From the NCBI GenBank assembly GCA_044229145.1, contig JBGATO010000003.1, forward strand, positions 34,358-98,357: a stretch of 64,000 nucleotides of DNA. Direction: 5' to 3'. Shown piece by piece: positions 17,268 to 26,358 of the stretch. Under the pieces are notes generated by a model, which was not told the DNA's origin, did no database searches, and worked only from the letters and a program-made list of their open reading frames with translations. How positions within the stretch are numbered: position 1 is the stretch's first letter; each line of letters opens with the position of its first letter. Source of the stretch: Candidatus Eiseniibacteriota bacterium (GTDB lineage Bacteria; Eisenbacteria; RBG-16-71-46; CAZEPH01). The position numbers and the translations under genes were made by a program.

Positions 17268-20200
17268 CTACTTCCCGTCCTGCTTACGCTGCCATTCCTC
17301 CTCGGTGAGCGGCGTCACCGGTTCGGCGTGGTCGGTCACCAAGAGCGCGTTGACGTCGCGAAGTTCGGTGCCGCTCAGTGTGAGCCAGCGCGTGCGCGCG
17401 CCGTCGATCTGCTTCGCGAGCACGGCCGCGTAGGCGACTTGCGAGTCGGTGGGGCGGCCGTCGTAGCCGTTCACCGCGCCGTACAGCGAGGCGAGCTTCT
17501 CGCGCAGCTGCACTTCGCCGCCCAAGATGCCGCCGCCGCGGGTGGCCACCAGCGTGCCGCGCAATTCCTCGAGCGTGGTCGCCAAGCGCAGCGCGCGCTT
17601 CGCCGTCTTGCTGGTGGCTGGGAGCGCCGCTGCCCGCGCCTTGAGCTGATCGCGCACCTCGGCGAGCGCGCCGACGGTGTAGGCGAAGTGCCCCATGAGG
17701 TCGTAGAGCGAGGTCACCAACTGCTGCTGCGCGGCGCGATCCGCGGCGCTGTACGTGGCGCGCGGATCTCCGACGATCGTCACCTGCGACGTGTAGGTCT
17801 TGTCGCCCTTGGTGAGCTTCACCGAGTAGGTGCCCTCGGCGACGCGCGGCCCGAGGAACGCGTACTGATTGGTCACGGCGCCATCGCCCGCCGGCGTACG
17901 CGGCGGCTTGCGGCGCATCGGCCACTGCACGCGGTTGAGGCCGCGGCGCTTGCCGCCGGGGAAACTCGCCATCACGGTGCCGTCCGCCGCGGTGATCTCG
18001 AGCTTGAGGTCGCCGAGCAGGTGGCGCTTCTTGAGGTAGTAGGTGATGGTCGCCACCTCGGGCAATGCATCGCCGATCCAGAACTGTCCGCCGTCGAAGC
18101 GCTGCTCGCCGGTCGGAATCAGCATCGTCGACGGACGCGAGGGCAGGAAGGCGACATCCTGCTGTGCGGCGTCGGCGGTCATCGCACGCAGCGGTGTGAG
18201 ATCGTCGAAGATCCAGATGCCGCGACCGTGCGTGGCGATCACGAGGTCGCCTTCGCGCGGGTGGATCGCCAGGTCGCGTACCGCGACCGGCGGGAAGTCG
18301 CCGCCGATGCGCGCCCAGTGCGCGCCATCGTCGAACGACACGTGCAGGCCGTTCTCGGTGCCCCAGAACAGCAGGCGCGGATTCACGGTGTCCTGGCGAA
18401 TGCAGTGCGCGTAGCCACTGACGCCGTCGGTGGCGAGCGCGCGCCAGGTGGCGCCGAAGTCGGTGGTGACGAACGCGCGTGGCGTCATGTCGCCGAAGGT
18501 ATGGCCGTCGAGCGTCACGTAGCACGTCCCAGCCTCGAAGCTGCTCGGCGCGACGTACGACACCCAGGTACACGGCGGCACGCCGCGCAGATTCTTCGTC
18601 ACGTTGGCCCATGAGCGCCCGCCGTCGCGCGTCACCTGGAGATTGCCGTCGTCGGTGCCCACCCACACGACGTTCGAGTCGCGCGGCGATTCGCCGATCG
18701 CGTAGATCGTGCAGTGATTCTCGGCGCTCGTGTTGTCGCGGCTCAGGCCGCCACTGTCCATCTGGCGCAGCTTGAGCGGATTGTTGGTGGTGAGGTCGGG
18801 CGAGATCTTCGTCCACGAATCACCATGATCGGTGGAGCGGTAGAGCGCTTGCGCGCCCATGTAGAGCGTGCCGCCACGCGCCGCCGACACGTGCAGCGGG
18901 GTGTTCCAGTTGAAGCGCAAGTCCGGCTCGCCGGCCGCGGGGTAGGGCGCGATCTCCTTCGACTCGCCGGTGGAGCGCCGCACGCGCGACAGCTTGCCGC
19001 CCTGGTATTCCGTGTACACGATGTCGCGATCGACCGGATCGACGAAGGACCAGAAGCCATCTCCGCCATTCAGATTGCGCCAATTCCACGGCGACACGCC
19101 GCCCGCTGCCGTCGACGGGCCCATCCACGTGCCGTTGTCCTGCAGGCCGCCGTAGACGTTGTACGGACGATCCATGTCGTAGGTCACGTGATAGAACTGC
19201 GCGACCGGCAGCGCTTGCAGGAACCGCCAGTCATTGCCGCGGTCCTCCGACATGTACACGCCGCCGTCGGTGCCGGTGATCATCTGGTACGGGTTCGACG
19301 GATTGATCCAGAGCGCGTGGTGGTCGCTGTGCACGCCGCCACCGACGCCGGAGAACGTCTTGCCGCCGTCATCGCTCATGCCGGTGCTCAGCGAGCACTT
19401 GAAGACGCGCTGATCGTTGGTGGGATCGACGACGACGCGCTGGAAGTAGAACGGGCGCAGCGTCGCGGCGCTGCCGGAGTTGGTGCGCTGCCAGGTGTCG
19501 CCGCCGTCGTCGCTGCGGAAGAAGCCGCTCTCCTTCGCCTCGACCGCCGCGTAGACGGTGGATGGCTTGGACGGCGCCACCGCGACCGCGACGCGCCCGA
19601 GGTCACCACTCGGCAGGCCGCGCGAGAGACGCGTCCACGTCGCGCCGCCGTCGGTGCTGCGGAACAGGCCGCTCCCGGTGCCGCCGCTCGCGAACGACCA
19701 GCCGGTGCGCCGGAACGACCACATTCCGGCGAACACCACGCGCGGATTCTTCGGGTCCAGACTGACGTCGCTGCACCCGGTGCGTGCGTCGCCGGGCAGC
19801 ACGCACGTCCAGGTCTTGCCGCCGTCGGTGGTCTTGTAGAGCCCGCGCTCGCCGCCGTCGCTCCACAGGCGTCCGGTGGCGGCGACGTATACGACGTCCG
19901 AGTTCGTCGGGTCGATGGCGATGGTCGCGATGCGCTCGCTGGTGGCGAGGCCCATCTTCGTCCACGACTGGCCGCCGTCGGTGGTCTTGTAGACGCCGTC
20001 GCCGGCGCTGACGCTGTTGCGCGTCCACGACTCGCCGGTGCCCACCCACACCGTCTGCGGATGGGCGTGGTCGATGGCGATCGCGCCGATCGACTGCGTG
20101 TACTTGTCGAACACCGGCTTGAACGTGACGCCGCCGTCGGCCGACTTCCACACCCCGCCGCCGGCCGCGCCGGCCCAGATCGTGAGTTTGTCGCCTTGGT

Positions 20201-20375
20201 GCGCATCGAGCGCGGCGATCCGGCCACCCATGGTGGCGGGGCCGATGCAGCGCGGCGCGACGCCACCGAGTGCATCGGAGTCGATCACGATGTCGTCGGC
20301 GCGCAGCGGAGCCGCAGCGAAGGACAGAGCGGCACAGGCGGCCGCGGCGAGAGTCAGGGCGCGATGCGCGTCCAT
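17268..20375 (-). CDS. Secreted VPS10/sortilin-like BNR (Asp-box) repeat protein ('glycosyl hydrolase')
   Basis: ATG at 20375 after GGAGG; signal peptide; many S/T-x-D-G-G-x-T/S-W Asp boxes; IGPATMGGRI, YGGLQDNG, RFNWNTP, ATHGRGIWI. Confidence 0.9.
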   Translation of the reverse strand: MDAHRALTLAAAACAALSFAAAPLRADDIVIDSDALGGVAPRCIGPATMGGRIAALDAHQGDKLTIWAGAAGGGVWKSADGGVTFKPVFDKYTQSIGAIAIDHAHPQTVWVGTGESWTRNSVSAGDGVYKTTDGGQSWTKMGLATSERIATIAIDPTNSDVVYVAATGRLWSDGGERGLYKTTDGGKTWTCVLPGDARTGCSDVSLDPKNPRVVFAGMWSFRRTGWSFASGGTGSGLFRSTDGGATWTRLSRGLPSGDLGRVAVAVAPSKPSTVYAAVEAKESGFFRSDDGGDTWQRTNSGSAATLRPFYFQRVVVDPTNDQRVFKCSLSTGMSDDGGKTFSGVGGGVHSDHHALWINPSNPYQMITGTDGGVYMSEDRGNDWRFLQALPVAQFYHVTYDMDRPYNVYGGLQDNGTWMGPSTAAGGVSPWNWRNLNGGDGFWSFVDPVDRDIVYTEYQGGKLSRVRRSTGESKEIAPYPAAGEPDLRFNWNTPLHVSAARGGTLYMGAQALYRSTDHGDSWTKISPDLTTNNPLKLRQMDSGGLSRDNTSAENHCTIYAIGESPRDSNVVWVGTDDGNLQVTRDGGRSWANVTKNLRGVPPCTWVSYVAPSSFEAGTCYVTLDGHTFGDMTPRAFVTTDFGATWRALATDGVSGYAHCIRQDTVNPRLLFWGTENGLHVSFDDGAHWARIGGDFPPVAVRDLAIHPREGDLVIATHGRGIWIFDDLTPLRAMTADAAQQDVAFLPSRPSTMLIPTGEQRFDGGQFWIGDALPEVATITYYLKKRHLLGDLKLEITAADGTVMASFPGGKRRGLNRVQWPMRRKPPRTPAGDGAVTNQYAFLGPRVAEGTYSVKLTKGDKTYTSQVTIVGDPRATYSAADRAAQQQLVTSLYDLMGHFAYTVGALAEVRDQLKARAAALPATSKTAKRALRLATTLEELRGTLVATRGGGILGGEVQLREKLASLYGAVNGYDGRPTDSQVAYAAVLAKQIDGARTRWLTLSGTELRDVNALLVTDHAEPVTPLTEEEWQRKQDGK

Positions 20376-20452
20376 GGCACCTCCGGGAGACATGCGGGGG
20401 GAGAAGACGACGCGCCGGAGTCGCGGACGACCCCGGCGCGCGTACACCTGCG

Positions 20453-21319
20453 CTACTTCTTCTTGGCGGGCGCCTTGGCGTCGGCCTTCGCCTTGTCGGC
20501 GGCGGCGTCCGGCGCCTTGCCGGCATCCTTCACGACATCGCCGGCCGGGCCGCCGGTGCTCGGCGTCCCTCCGCCGTCGCCTTCGGCCTTCGCCGGCATC
20601 GAGAACTGCACGGTGCTCACGTCGATGTTCGTCTCGATCTTCTCGGCGATCATCTTCTGCGAGCCCGGCGCGCCTTCCGCCGAGTTCTCGGTGGTGAACG
20701 GGTAGAGCACGCCGTTGACTTCCTTGTAGTCGCTGAACGACGTGCTCGCGGTGACGTCCTTGCCGCGCATGTTCATCGTCGCGACTTCCTTGATCTCGAG
20801 GAAGGCTTCGGCGTCGAGGTAGATGGTGCGCACGTCGCCGCTCTTGAGCGTGACCTTGATCTTGTACGCATCGGTGCCGTCCACCGACTCCTTGCCGAGC
20901 AATTCGAGCTTGTTGCCCTTGGCCTCCCAATCCACCAGCGGGCCATCGATGTCGGCCTGATTCTGGATTTCCTTGGACTGGTCCGGCGGCATCGGTTCGG
21001 CGTTCTTCTGGCCCATGAACGGCATCAGCATCCACGCGGTGGTGCCGTCGTAGCCCTGCATGCCGGTCATGCCCATCGCGGTGAACTCGATGTGCAGCTT
21101 GTTCGGGCGCGCCCCGATGAACGTGAAGGGCGCCTGCATCTCGCCCATGGAGAACGTGCCGGTCATCTTGACGGAGTTCACGGCCTTGATCTTGTCCAGA
21201 CCGCCGCGCGCCTTGTAGTAGTTGGTGAGGACGGTGTTGAGGTCCTGGGCGTGGGCCATCGACGACAGCGTGGCGAGCGCACAGGCCACGCCCAACGCGC
21301 GAACGAACGTGCGGGACAT
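20453..21319 (-). CDS. Secreted LolA-like / outer-membrane lipoprotein-sorting family protein
   Basis: AGGAG RBS; signal peptide ending in AHA; 'ARGGLDK..AV.S', 'GYDGTTAW', 'FSDYKEVNGVLYPF'; Ala/Lys-rich tail. Confidence 0.7.
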   Translation of the reverse strand: MSRTFVRALGVACALATLSSMAHAQDLNTVLTNYYKARGGLDKIKAVNSVKMTGTFSMGEMQAPFTFIGARPNKLHIEFTAMGMTGMQGYDGTTAWMLMPFMGQKNAEPMPPDQSKEIQNQADIDGPLVDWEAKGNKLELLGKESVDGTDAYKIKVTLKSGDVRTIYLDAEAFLEIKEVATMNMRGKDVTASTSFSDYKEVNGVLYPFTTENSAEGAPGSQKMIAEKIETNIDVSTVQFSMPAKAEGDGGGTPSTGGPAGDVVKDAGKAPDAAADKAKADAKAPAKKK

Positions 21320-21427
21320 CAGCTTCTCCTTGAGCACGGTGACGCTCCTGGCGCGCGCACCCCTCTGGCGCGGCGACCGGCTGAGCGTGGATCGGGACGG
21401 CAGTCCCGGCGGGGCATGATACCGCCC

Positions 21428-23689
21428 TTAGACGGAGGGTGGCGAGGCCTGGTTGCGGGCCGCGGGAGCCGCCGATTGGTCCGCGGGCACAAGTAACACG
21501 ACGCTGAGCGGGGCGAGGTCGAGCTGGAGCACGGGCCCGGCGGCGCCGCGCTTCTTGCGCGCCGTGATGCTGCGCTGCCGGGCGTGGCCGGCACCTCCGT
21601 AGCGCGGGGCGTCGGAATTGAGGGCGACGCGGTACTTGCCGCGCGCCGCGACAGGGCAGAGGTAGCCGTCCACCGCCTCGGCGCCCGCATTGACCACCAC
21701 CACGACGTCGCGACCGCCGCCATCCCGCCGCCGGTAGGAGAACACCGGCCCGCGCGTCGCCGCGAAGTCGCACCAGGCGAAGCCGTCGTACGAGTGGTCG
21801 AGCGCGTGCAGCGCCGGCTCGTCGCGGTACAACGTCGCGAGGTCGCGCCACCAGCGATCGAGGCCGGCGTGCCGCGGCTCACGCGTCAGATCCCATTGCA
21901 GTTCGGCGTCGTGATTCCACTCGCGCCGCTGCCCGAATTCGCCGCCCATGAACAGCAGCTTCTTGCCGGGATACGTCATCAGGTAGCCGAGCACCGCGCG
22001 CAGCGAAGCCGCCTGCTGCGTTTCGTCGCCCGCCATCTTGTCGAACAGCGAGTGCTTGAGATGCACGACTTCGTCGTGACTGAACGGCAGCAGGTAGCGC
22101 TCGCTCATCGCGTACATCAGGCCGAACGTGACGAGATCCATGTGCGCGTAGCGGTGCTCCGGCGCGAGGCGGAAGAAACGCAGCGTGTCGTGCATCCAGC
22201 CCATGTTCCACTTGTAGTCGAAGCCAAGCCCGTCGTCGCCGAGCGCTCCGGTCACCTTGGGCCATGACGTCGATTCCTCGGCGAACGTCAGCACGCCGGG
22301 AAAGTAGTGGTGCACGACGCGATTGAACTCGCGCAGGAACGCCACCGCTTCGAGGTTCTCGTTGCCACCCTTTTCGTTCGGCTCCCACTCGCCGTCGCGG
22401 CGTGAGTAGTTCAAGTACAACATCGACGCCACTGCGTCCACGCGCAGGCCGTCGATGTGATACTGGTCGAGCCAGTAGAGCGCCGAGGCGAGCAGGAACG
22501 CGCAGACTTCCTTGCGGCCATAGTTGTAGATGAAGGTGTTCCAGTCGTGATGGAAGCCCTTGCGCGGATCGGCGTGTTCGTAGAGGTGCGTGCCGTCGAA
22601 GAACGCGAGACCGTGACCGTCGCGCGGGAAGTGCGCCGGCACCCAGTCGAGCAGCACGCCGAGGCCGGCGCGGTGCGCGGTGTCGACGAGGAAACGGAAA
22701 TCGTCCGGCGTGCCGAAGCGCGAAGTCGGCGCGAAGTAGCCGGTGGTTTGGTAGCCCCACGATCCGTCGAACGGATGCTCGCTCACCGGCAGCAACTCGA
22801 GGTGTGTGAAGCCGTGACGCACCGCGTACGGCACCAGGCGTCGCGCGATCTCGCGATACGACAACCAGCCGCCGTCCGCGTCGCGGCGCCACGAGCCGAG
22901 ATGCACTTCGTAGATCGCCATCGGCTGGTCGGGTCTCTGGCGCGCGGCGCGGGTTGCCATCCATTCATCGTCGCGCCAGCGCGGCTTGCCGATGTCGTAG
23001 ACGATGCTCGCGGTTTCCGGTCGTACTTCGGCGTGAAAGGCGAACGGATCGGCCTTCGCGCCGGTGGCGTCTTTGTAGCGGCTGCGCAGGTGGAACTTGT
23101 AGGCGACGCCGGCCGCGAGACCCGGCACGAACAACTCCCACAGGCCGGTGCCCTCGCGCGGACGCATCGGATGCCGCGCCGGGTTCCAGTCGTTGAACGA
23201 GCCGATGACGCTGACGTTCGTCGCGTTCGGCGCCCATACGGCGAAGCGCACGCCCCGCAGTTTGCGTTCGCGCTTGGCCGGCGCGAGCGAGACGATGTGC
23301 GCGCCGAGCATGTGATAGAGACCGTGATGCGTGTTCTCGGCGAACAGGTGGACGTCGTCGTCCGGGAGCGATGGGCCGCAGCGGTAGGGATCGTCCAACT
23401 CGCGCTCGGCGCCGTCGCGCGTGCGCAGCGCCAGGCGATAGGGAAACGCGCGCGTCTCGTCATCGAAGACCGCGGTGAACACGCCGGCCGGCAACACGCG
23501 GCGCATCGCCGTGCGTGCGTCTCCGCGCACCACCCACGCCTCCGCCGCCTCCGGCAAGAAGGCGCGAATCACCAGCCCGCGCGAGGTGGCGTCTTCCTCG
23601 TAGTGGGGCCCCAGCACCGCGAACGGATCGCGGCTGCGTCCCGCCACGATCTCCTGCAGTGCAGCAGCGAGCGCGGCGGGATCCTGCAT
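21428..23689 (-). CDS. glgB: 1,4-alpha-glucan branching enzyme (GH13)
   Basis: DPFAVLGPH, FAVWAPNA, YEVHLGSW, EHPFDGSWGYQ, DWVPAHFP, DGLRVDAVASMLY, AEEST, SHDEVVH. Confidence 0.97.
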   Translation of the reverse strand: MQDPAALAAALQEIVAGRSRDPFAVLGPHYEEDATSRGLVIRAFLPEAAEAWVVRGDARTAMRRVLPAGVFTAVFDDETRAFPYRLALRTRDGAERELDDPYRCGPSLPDDDVHLFAENTHHGLYHMLGAHIVSLAPAKRERKLRGVRFAVWAPNATNVSVIGSFNDWNPARHPMRPREGTGLWELFVPGLAAGVAYKFHLRSRYKDATGAKADPFAFHAEVRPETASIVYDIGKPRWRDDEWMATRAARQRPDQPMAIYEVHLGSWRRDADGGWLSYREIARRLVPYAVRHGFTHLELLPVSEHPFDGSWGYQTTGYFAPTSRFGTPDDFRFLVDTAHRAGLGVLLDWVPAHFPRDGHGLAFFDGTHLYEHADPRKGFHHDWNTFIYNYGRKEVCAFLLASALYWLDQYHIDGLRVDAVASMLYLNYSRRDGEWEPNEKGGNENLEAVAFLREFNRVVHHYFPGVLTFAEESTSWPKVTGALGDDGLGFDYKWNMGWMHDTLRFFRLAPEHRYAHMDLVTFGLMYAMSERYLLPFSHDEVVHLKHSLFDKMAGDETQQAASLRAVLGYLMTYPGKKLLFMGGEFGQRREWNHDAELQWDLTREPRHAGLDRWWRDLATLYRDEPALHALDHSYDGFAWCDFAATRGPVFSYRRRDGGGRDVVVVVNAGAEAVDGYLCPVAARGKYRVALNSDAPRYGGAGHARQRSITARKKRGAAGPVLQLDLAPLSVVLLVPADQSAAPAARNQASPPSV

Positions 23690-23692
23690 CGA

Positions 23693-24904
23693 CTACTCCG
23701 CGTACATCTGCAGTTCGGCGCCGACGCGGCCGGCGATCTCGAAGGCGATGTCGCGGTCCGGGTGGCGAACGATCACCATGCCGTCGCTGATCAGCACCTG
23801 CTTCCAGTTGCGGCGCGGCGCGCCCACCGGCAGCAGGTCCACGACGCAGATCCACTCGCCGAGTTCGCCCATCAAGTGTTCGAGGCCTTCGATGCGCGTG
23901 ATGCGGCCTTCGCCCTGCGCGCGCTTGAAGATCGACGCGCAGTTGTATTTGCGGGTGATTTCCTGCGAGAAGGTGCCGCGCGTCACCGCCTCGGCCCAGC
24001 CGGTGAACAGGTCGAGGTCGCTGGCGTAGTTCATGATGTCGACGGTGCGCGCGCCGGGCGGCCGCGCGCCGATCTCGCCGAACACCACTTCGCCGTCGGC
24101 CTTGCGATACCATTCCATGTGCGTGAAGCCGCTCTGGAAGCCCATTGCGCGCAGCACGTCGAAGCCCATCTGCTTGCCGCCGGCGAGTTCCGCCGCGTCG
24201 GGATTGCGCAGCGCCATCGTCACCGGCGAAATCCACTGGTGCTGCCGCGAGGTCAGCGGACGCGGGCGGTACGAGCAGATGTTGTAGAACAGCACTTCGC
24301 CGTTCGCGCACACGGTGTCGAAGGTGAACTCGTCAGCCTCGACGAATTCCTCGACACTGACCTCCTCGACGTGTTCGATGAGGCCGAGCACGCGTTCGAG
24401 TTCGCGTGTGTCGTCGACGCGATAGGTGTCCGCGCTGCCGGCGCCGGCGATCGGCTTGACGATGATCGGGAAGCCGATGCGCTCGGCCGCCGCGCGCACG
24501 TCCTTCGCCGTGGTGCACGAGTAGTGGTGCGGCGTGCGGATGCCGTGGCGGTCGAGCACGCGCTTCATTTCTTCCTTGTCGCGGAACGGCACCGTCTGCG
24601 CCACCGACATGCCGGGCACGCCGAGTGCCTCGCGGATCTTCGCCGCGAGGATCATCACCGGCTCCCACTGCGATTCGACGCGGTCGATGTGGTAGCCGCT
24701 GCGCAGCACCGTCTGCACCGCGTCCTCTTCGTCCTGGTACGAACGAATCTGGATGTAGCCGCTGAGGGCCTCGCGCGCCTTGGGATCGAGCGCGCCTTCA
24801 GGCTGGTCGCCGCAGCCGATGACTTTCGCGCCGACGCGCGCCAAGCCGCGGGTGAACAGCGTCATCTCCACCGGATACGCCGGTGCGATCATCAGAACGT
24901 TCAT
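23693..24904 (-). CDS. ATP-grasp domain ligase (paralog B)
   Basis: FRDKEEMK, GFPIIVKPIAGAGS, EEFV, THMEWY, GEIGARPPG; stops 3 bp before the glgB start. Confidence 0.88.
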   Translation of the reverse strand: MNVLMIAPAYPVEMTLFTRGLARVGAKVIGCGDQPEGALDPKAREALSGYIQIRSYQDEEDAVQTVLRSGYHIDRVESQWEPVMILAAKIREALGVPGMSVAQTVPFRDKEEMKRVLDRHGIRTPHHYSCTTAKDVRAAAERIGFPIIVKPIAGAGSADTYRVDDTRELERVLGLIEHVEEVSVEEFVEADEFTFDTVCANGEVLFYNICSYRPRPLTSRQHQWISPVTMALRNPDAAELAGGKQMGFDVLRAMGFQSGFTHMEWYRKADGEVVFGEIGARPPGARTVDIMNYASDLDLFTGWAEAVTRGTFSQEITRKYNCASIFKRAQGEGRITRIEGLEHLMGELGEWICVVDLLPVGAPRRNWKQVLISDGMVIVRHPDRDIAFEIAGRVGAELQMYAE

Positions 24905-24931
24905 GCGTGCCTCAAAGGGGGAGCGACGCGA

Positions 24932-26167
24932 TCAGTCGTCGTCGCGCAATTCGACGCGCAGCGTGCTGACCAGCCGCGCGAGAGCCTTCTCCACCACCGC
25001 GGTCTCGGGGTGACGGACGATGACGTAGCCTTCGCCTTCATACGTGCCGCTCGGGCGCTGGCCCGCCTTTGGCAGTTTCGCTTCGACGACGAGCGGCGCC
25101 AGTTCGCGCTGCGCGTCTTCGAGACCGTGCAGCTTCGCCACGCGGCCGGTGCCTTGGCCGCGCAGGAACACGATGCCGCACGCGTAGTCGCGGCGTGGCG
25201 GCGTGAACTCCTCGAACACGAGAAGCCGCGCCCATGCCTTGTACATGTCGAAGTCGTGCGCGTAGGAAATCAGCGTGGTGAACTGCGCGCCCGGCGGCCG
25301 CGCGCCGACTTCGCTCACCGCGACGGTGCCGTCCTTGCGGCGGAACCATTCCATGTGGCTCATGCCGGTCACCATGCCGAGCGTCTTCAGGACCTGCGGC
25401 GCGACGCGGCGAATCTCCGCGAACTCCGGCACGTCGATCTCGCGCGGCAGCATGACGACCCACTGGATCCACGGGTTTTGCAGCACTTCGAGCGGCGTCG
25501 GGAAGTAGCGCGAGATCGAGTGCCACACCATCTGCCCGCCGATGCACACGCTGTCGAAGCTGTGCTCCTGGCCGGTGATGAACTCCTCGAGCAGCACCGG
25601 ATTGTCGGCGCTCGGCCGCGTGACGTCGATCGCCTCGGCGAGTTCGGTGTCGGTGTTGACGCGGTAGGTGCTGCGCGCGCCGCTGCCGGCCGGCGGCTTG
25701 ACCACGAGCGGGAAGCCGATGCGCTGCGCGAACGCCGCTGCTTCGGCCTGGTTGGCGACCAACTGATGCCGCGCGCACGGCAATCCAGCCGCCGCCAGGA
25801 TCGACTTCATGCGCGCTTTGTCGCGGAAGTTGTCGCCTTCCTCGGCGTCCATGCCGCGGATGCCGAGCTGCTCGCGGACCTCGCCGAGCGGCACCTGCAG
25901 TTCCTCGAGCGTGCCGAGCAGCCGGTCCATCTGCGCGACGCCGAGCTCGGCGGCCAGCGCGCGGACGCCGTCGGCGATCTGGCCGGCGTCGAGCGCATTG
26001 GCTAACTGCCGGTGCGCCGAGAGCTTGGCCCGCGTGGCCGCCGGCAGTTTGTCGAGCGGATCCTGGCTCAGGAGGCAGAACTGGATGCCGGGCAGGTCCG
26101 CGACGGCATTCACGAACCGCAGCGTCGTCTCGAGGAAGAACGGCGCGACAAAGGTCACGGTAAGCAT
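24932..26167 (-). CDS. ATP-grasp domain ligase (paralog A)
   Basis: FRDKARMK, GFPLVVKPPAGSGA, LEEFITG, SHMEWF, SEVGARPPG. Confidence 0.88.
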   Translation of the reverse strand: MLTVTFVAPFFLETTLRFVNAVADLPGIQFCLLSQDPLDKLPAATRAKLSAHRQLANALDAGQIADGVRALAAELGVAQMDRLLGTLEELQVPLGEVREQLGIRGMDAEEGDNFRDKARMKSILAAAGLPCARHQLVANQAEAAAFAQRIGFPLVVKPPAGSGARSTYRVNTDTELAEAIDVTRPSADNPVLLEEFITGQEHSFDSVCIGGQMVWHSISRYFPTPLEVLQNPWIQWVVMLPREIDVPEFAEIRRVAPQVLKTLGMVTGMSHMEWFRRKDGTVAVSEVGARPPGAQFTTLISYAHDFDMYKAWARLLVFEEFTPPRRDYACGIVFLRGQGTGRVAKLHGLEDAQRELAPLVVEAKLPKAGQRPSGTYEGEGYVIVRHPETAVVEKALARLVSTLRVELRDDD

Positions 26168-26174
26168 GGCGCGC

Positions 26175-26203
26175 AGGGTACCGGAGGGGGAGCGGGGGTG
26201 CAA
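26175..26203 (-). promoter_or_regulatory. sigma70-type promoter for the ATP-grasp/glgB operon, probably leaderless
   Basis: Minus strand TTGCAC-N17-TACCCT, then 7 nt to ATG at 26167; no SD. Confidence 0.55.
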
Positions 26204-26268
26204 CGCTGGGGTTTGGAAGGGTATCTGCGCGATTTCGGCTCGCGCCAGGGCTCAGAGGGAGGTTCAGC

Positions 26269-26297
26269 TTGCCAGAGTTCCCGCCGTTATTTAAAGT
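26269..26297 (+). promoter_or_regulatory. sigma70-type promoter for fic
   Basis: TTGCCA-N17-TAAAGT. Confidence 0.6.
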
Positions 26298-26319
26298 TAT
26301 CGCTCAACTTTAAATAACG
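26285..26319. repeat. Perfect AT-rich 14-bp inverted repeat with 7-bp spacer (putative operator)
   Basis: CGTTATTTAAAGTT-atcgctc-AACTTTAAATAACG; the left arm overlaps the -10 box. Confidence 0.85.
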
Positions 26320-26358
26320 AAGATCCCTATTCAAGGTTCGTGAACAAGGGGGCGCAGA

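Noticed and set aside
26285..26319. dif/XerCD site
   Set aside because: The arms are perfectly symmetric with a 7-bp spacer; dif has asymmetric 11-bp arms and a 6-bp spacer.
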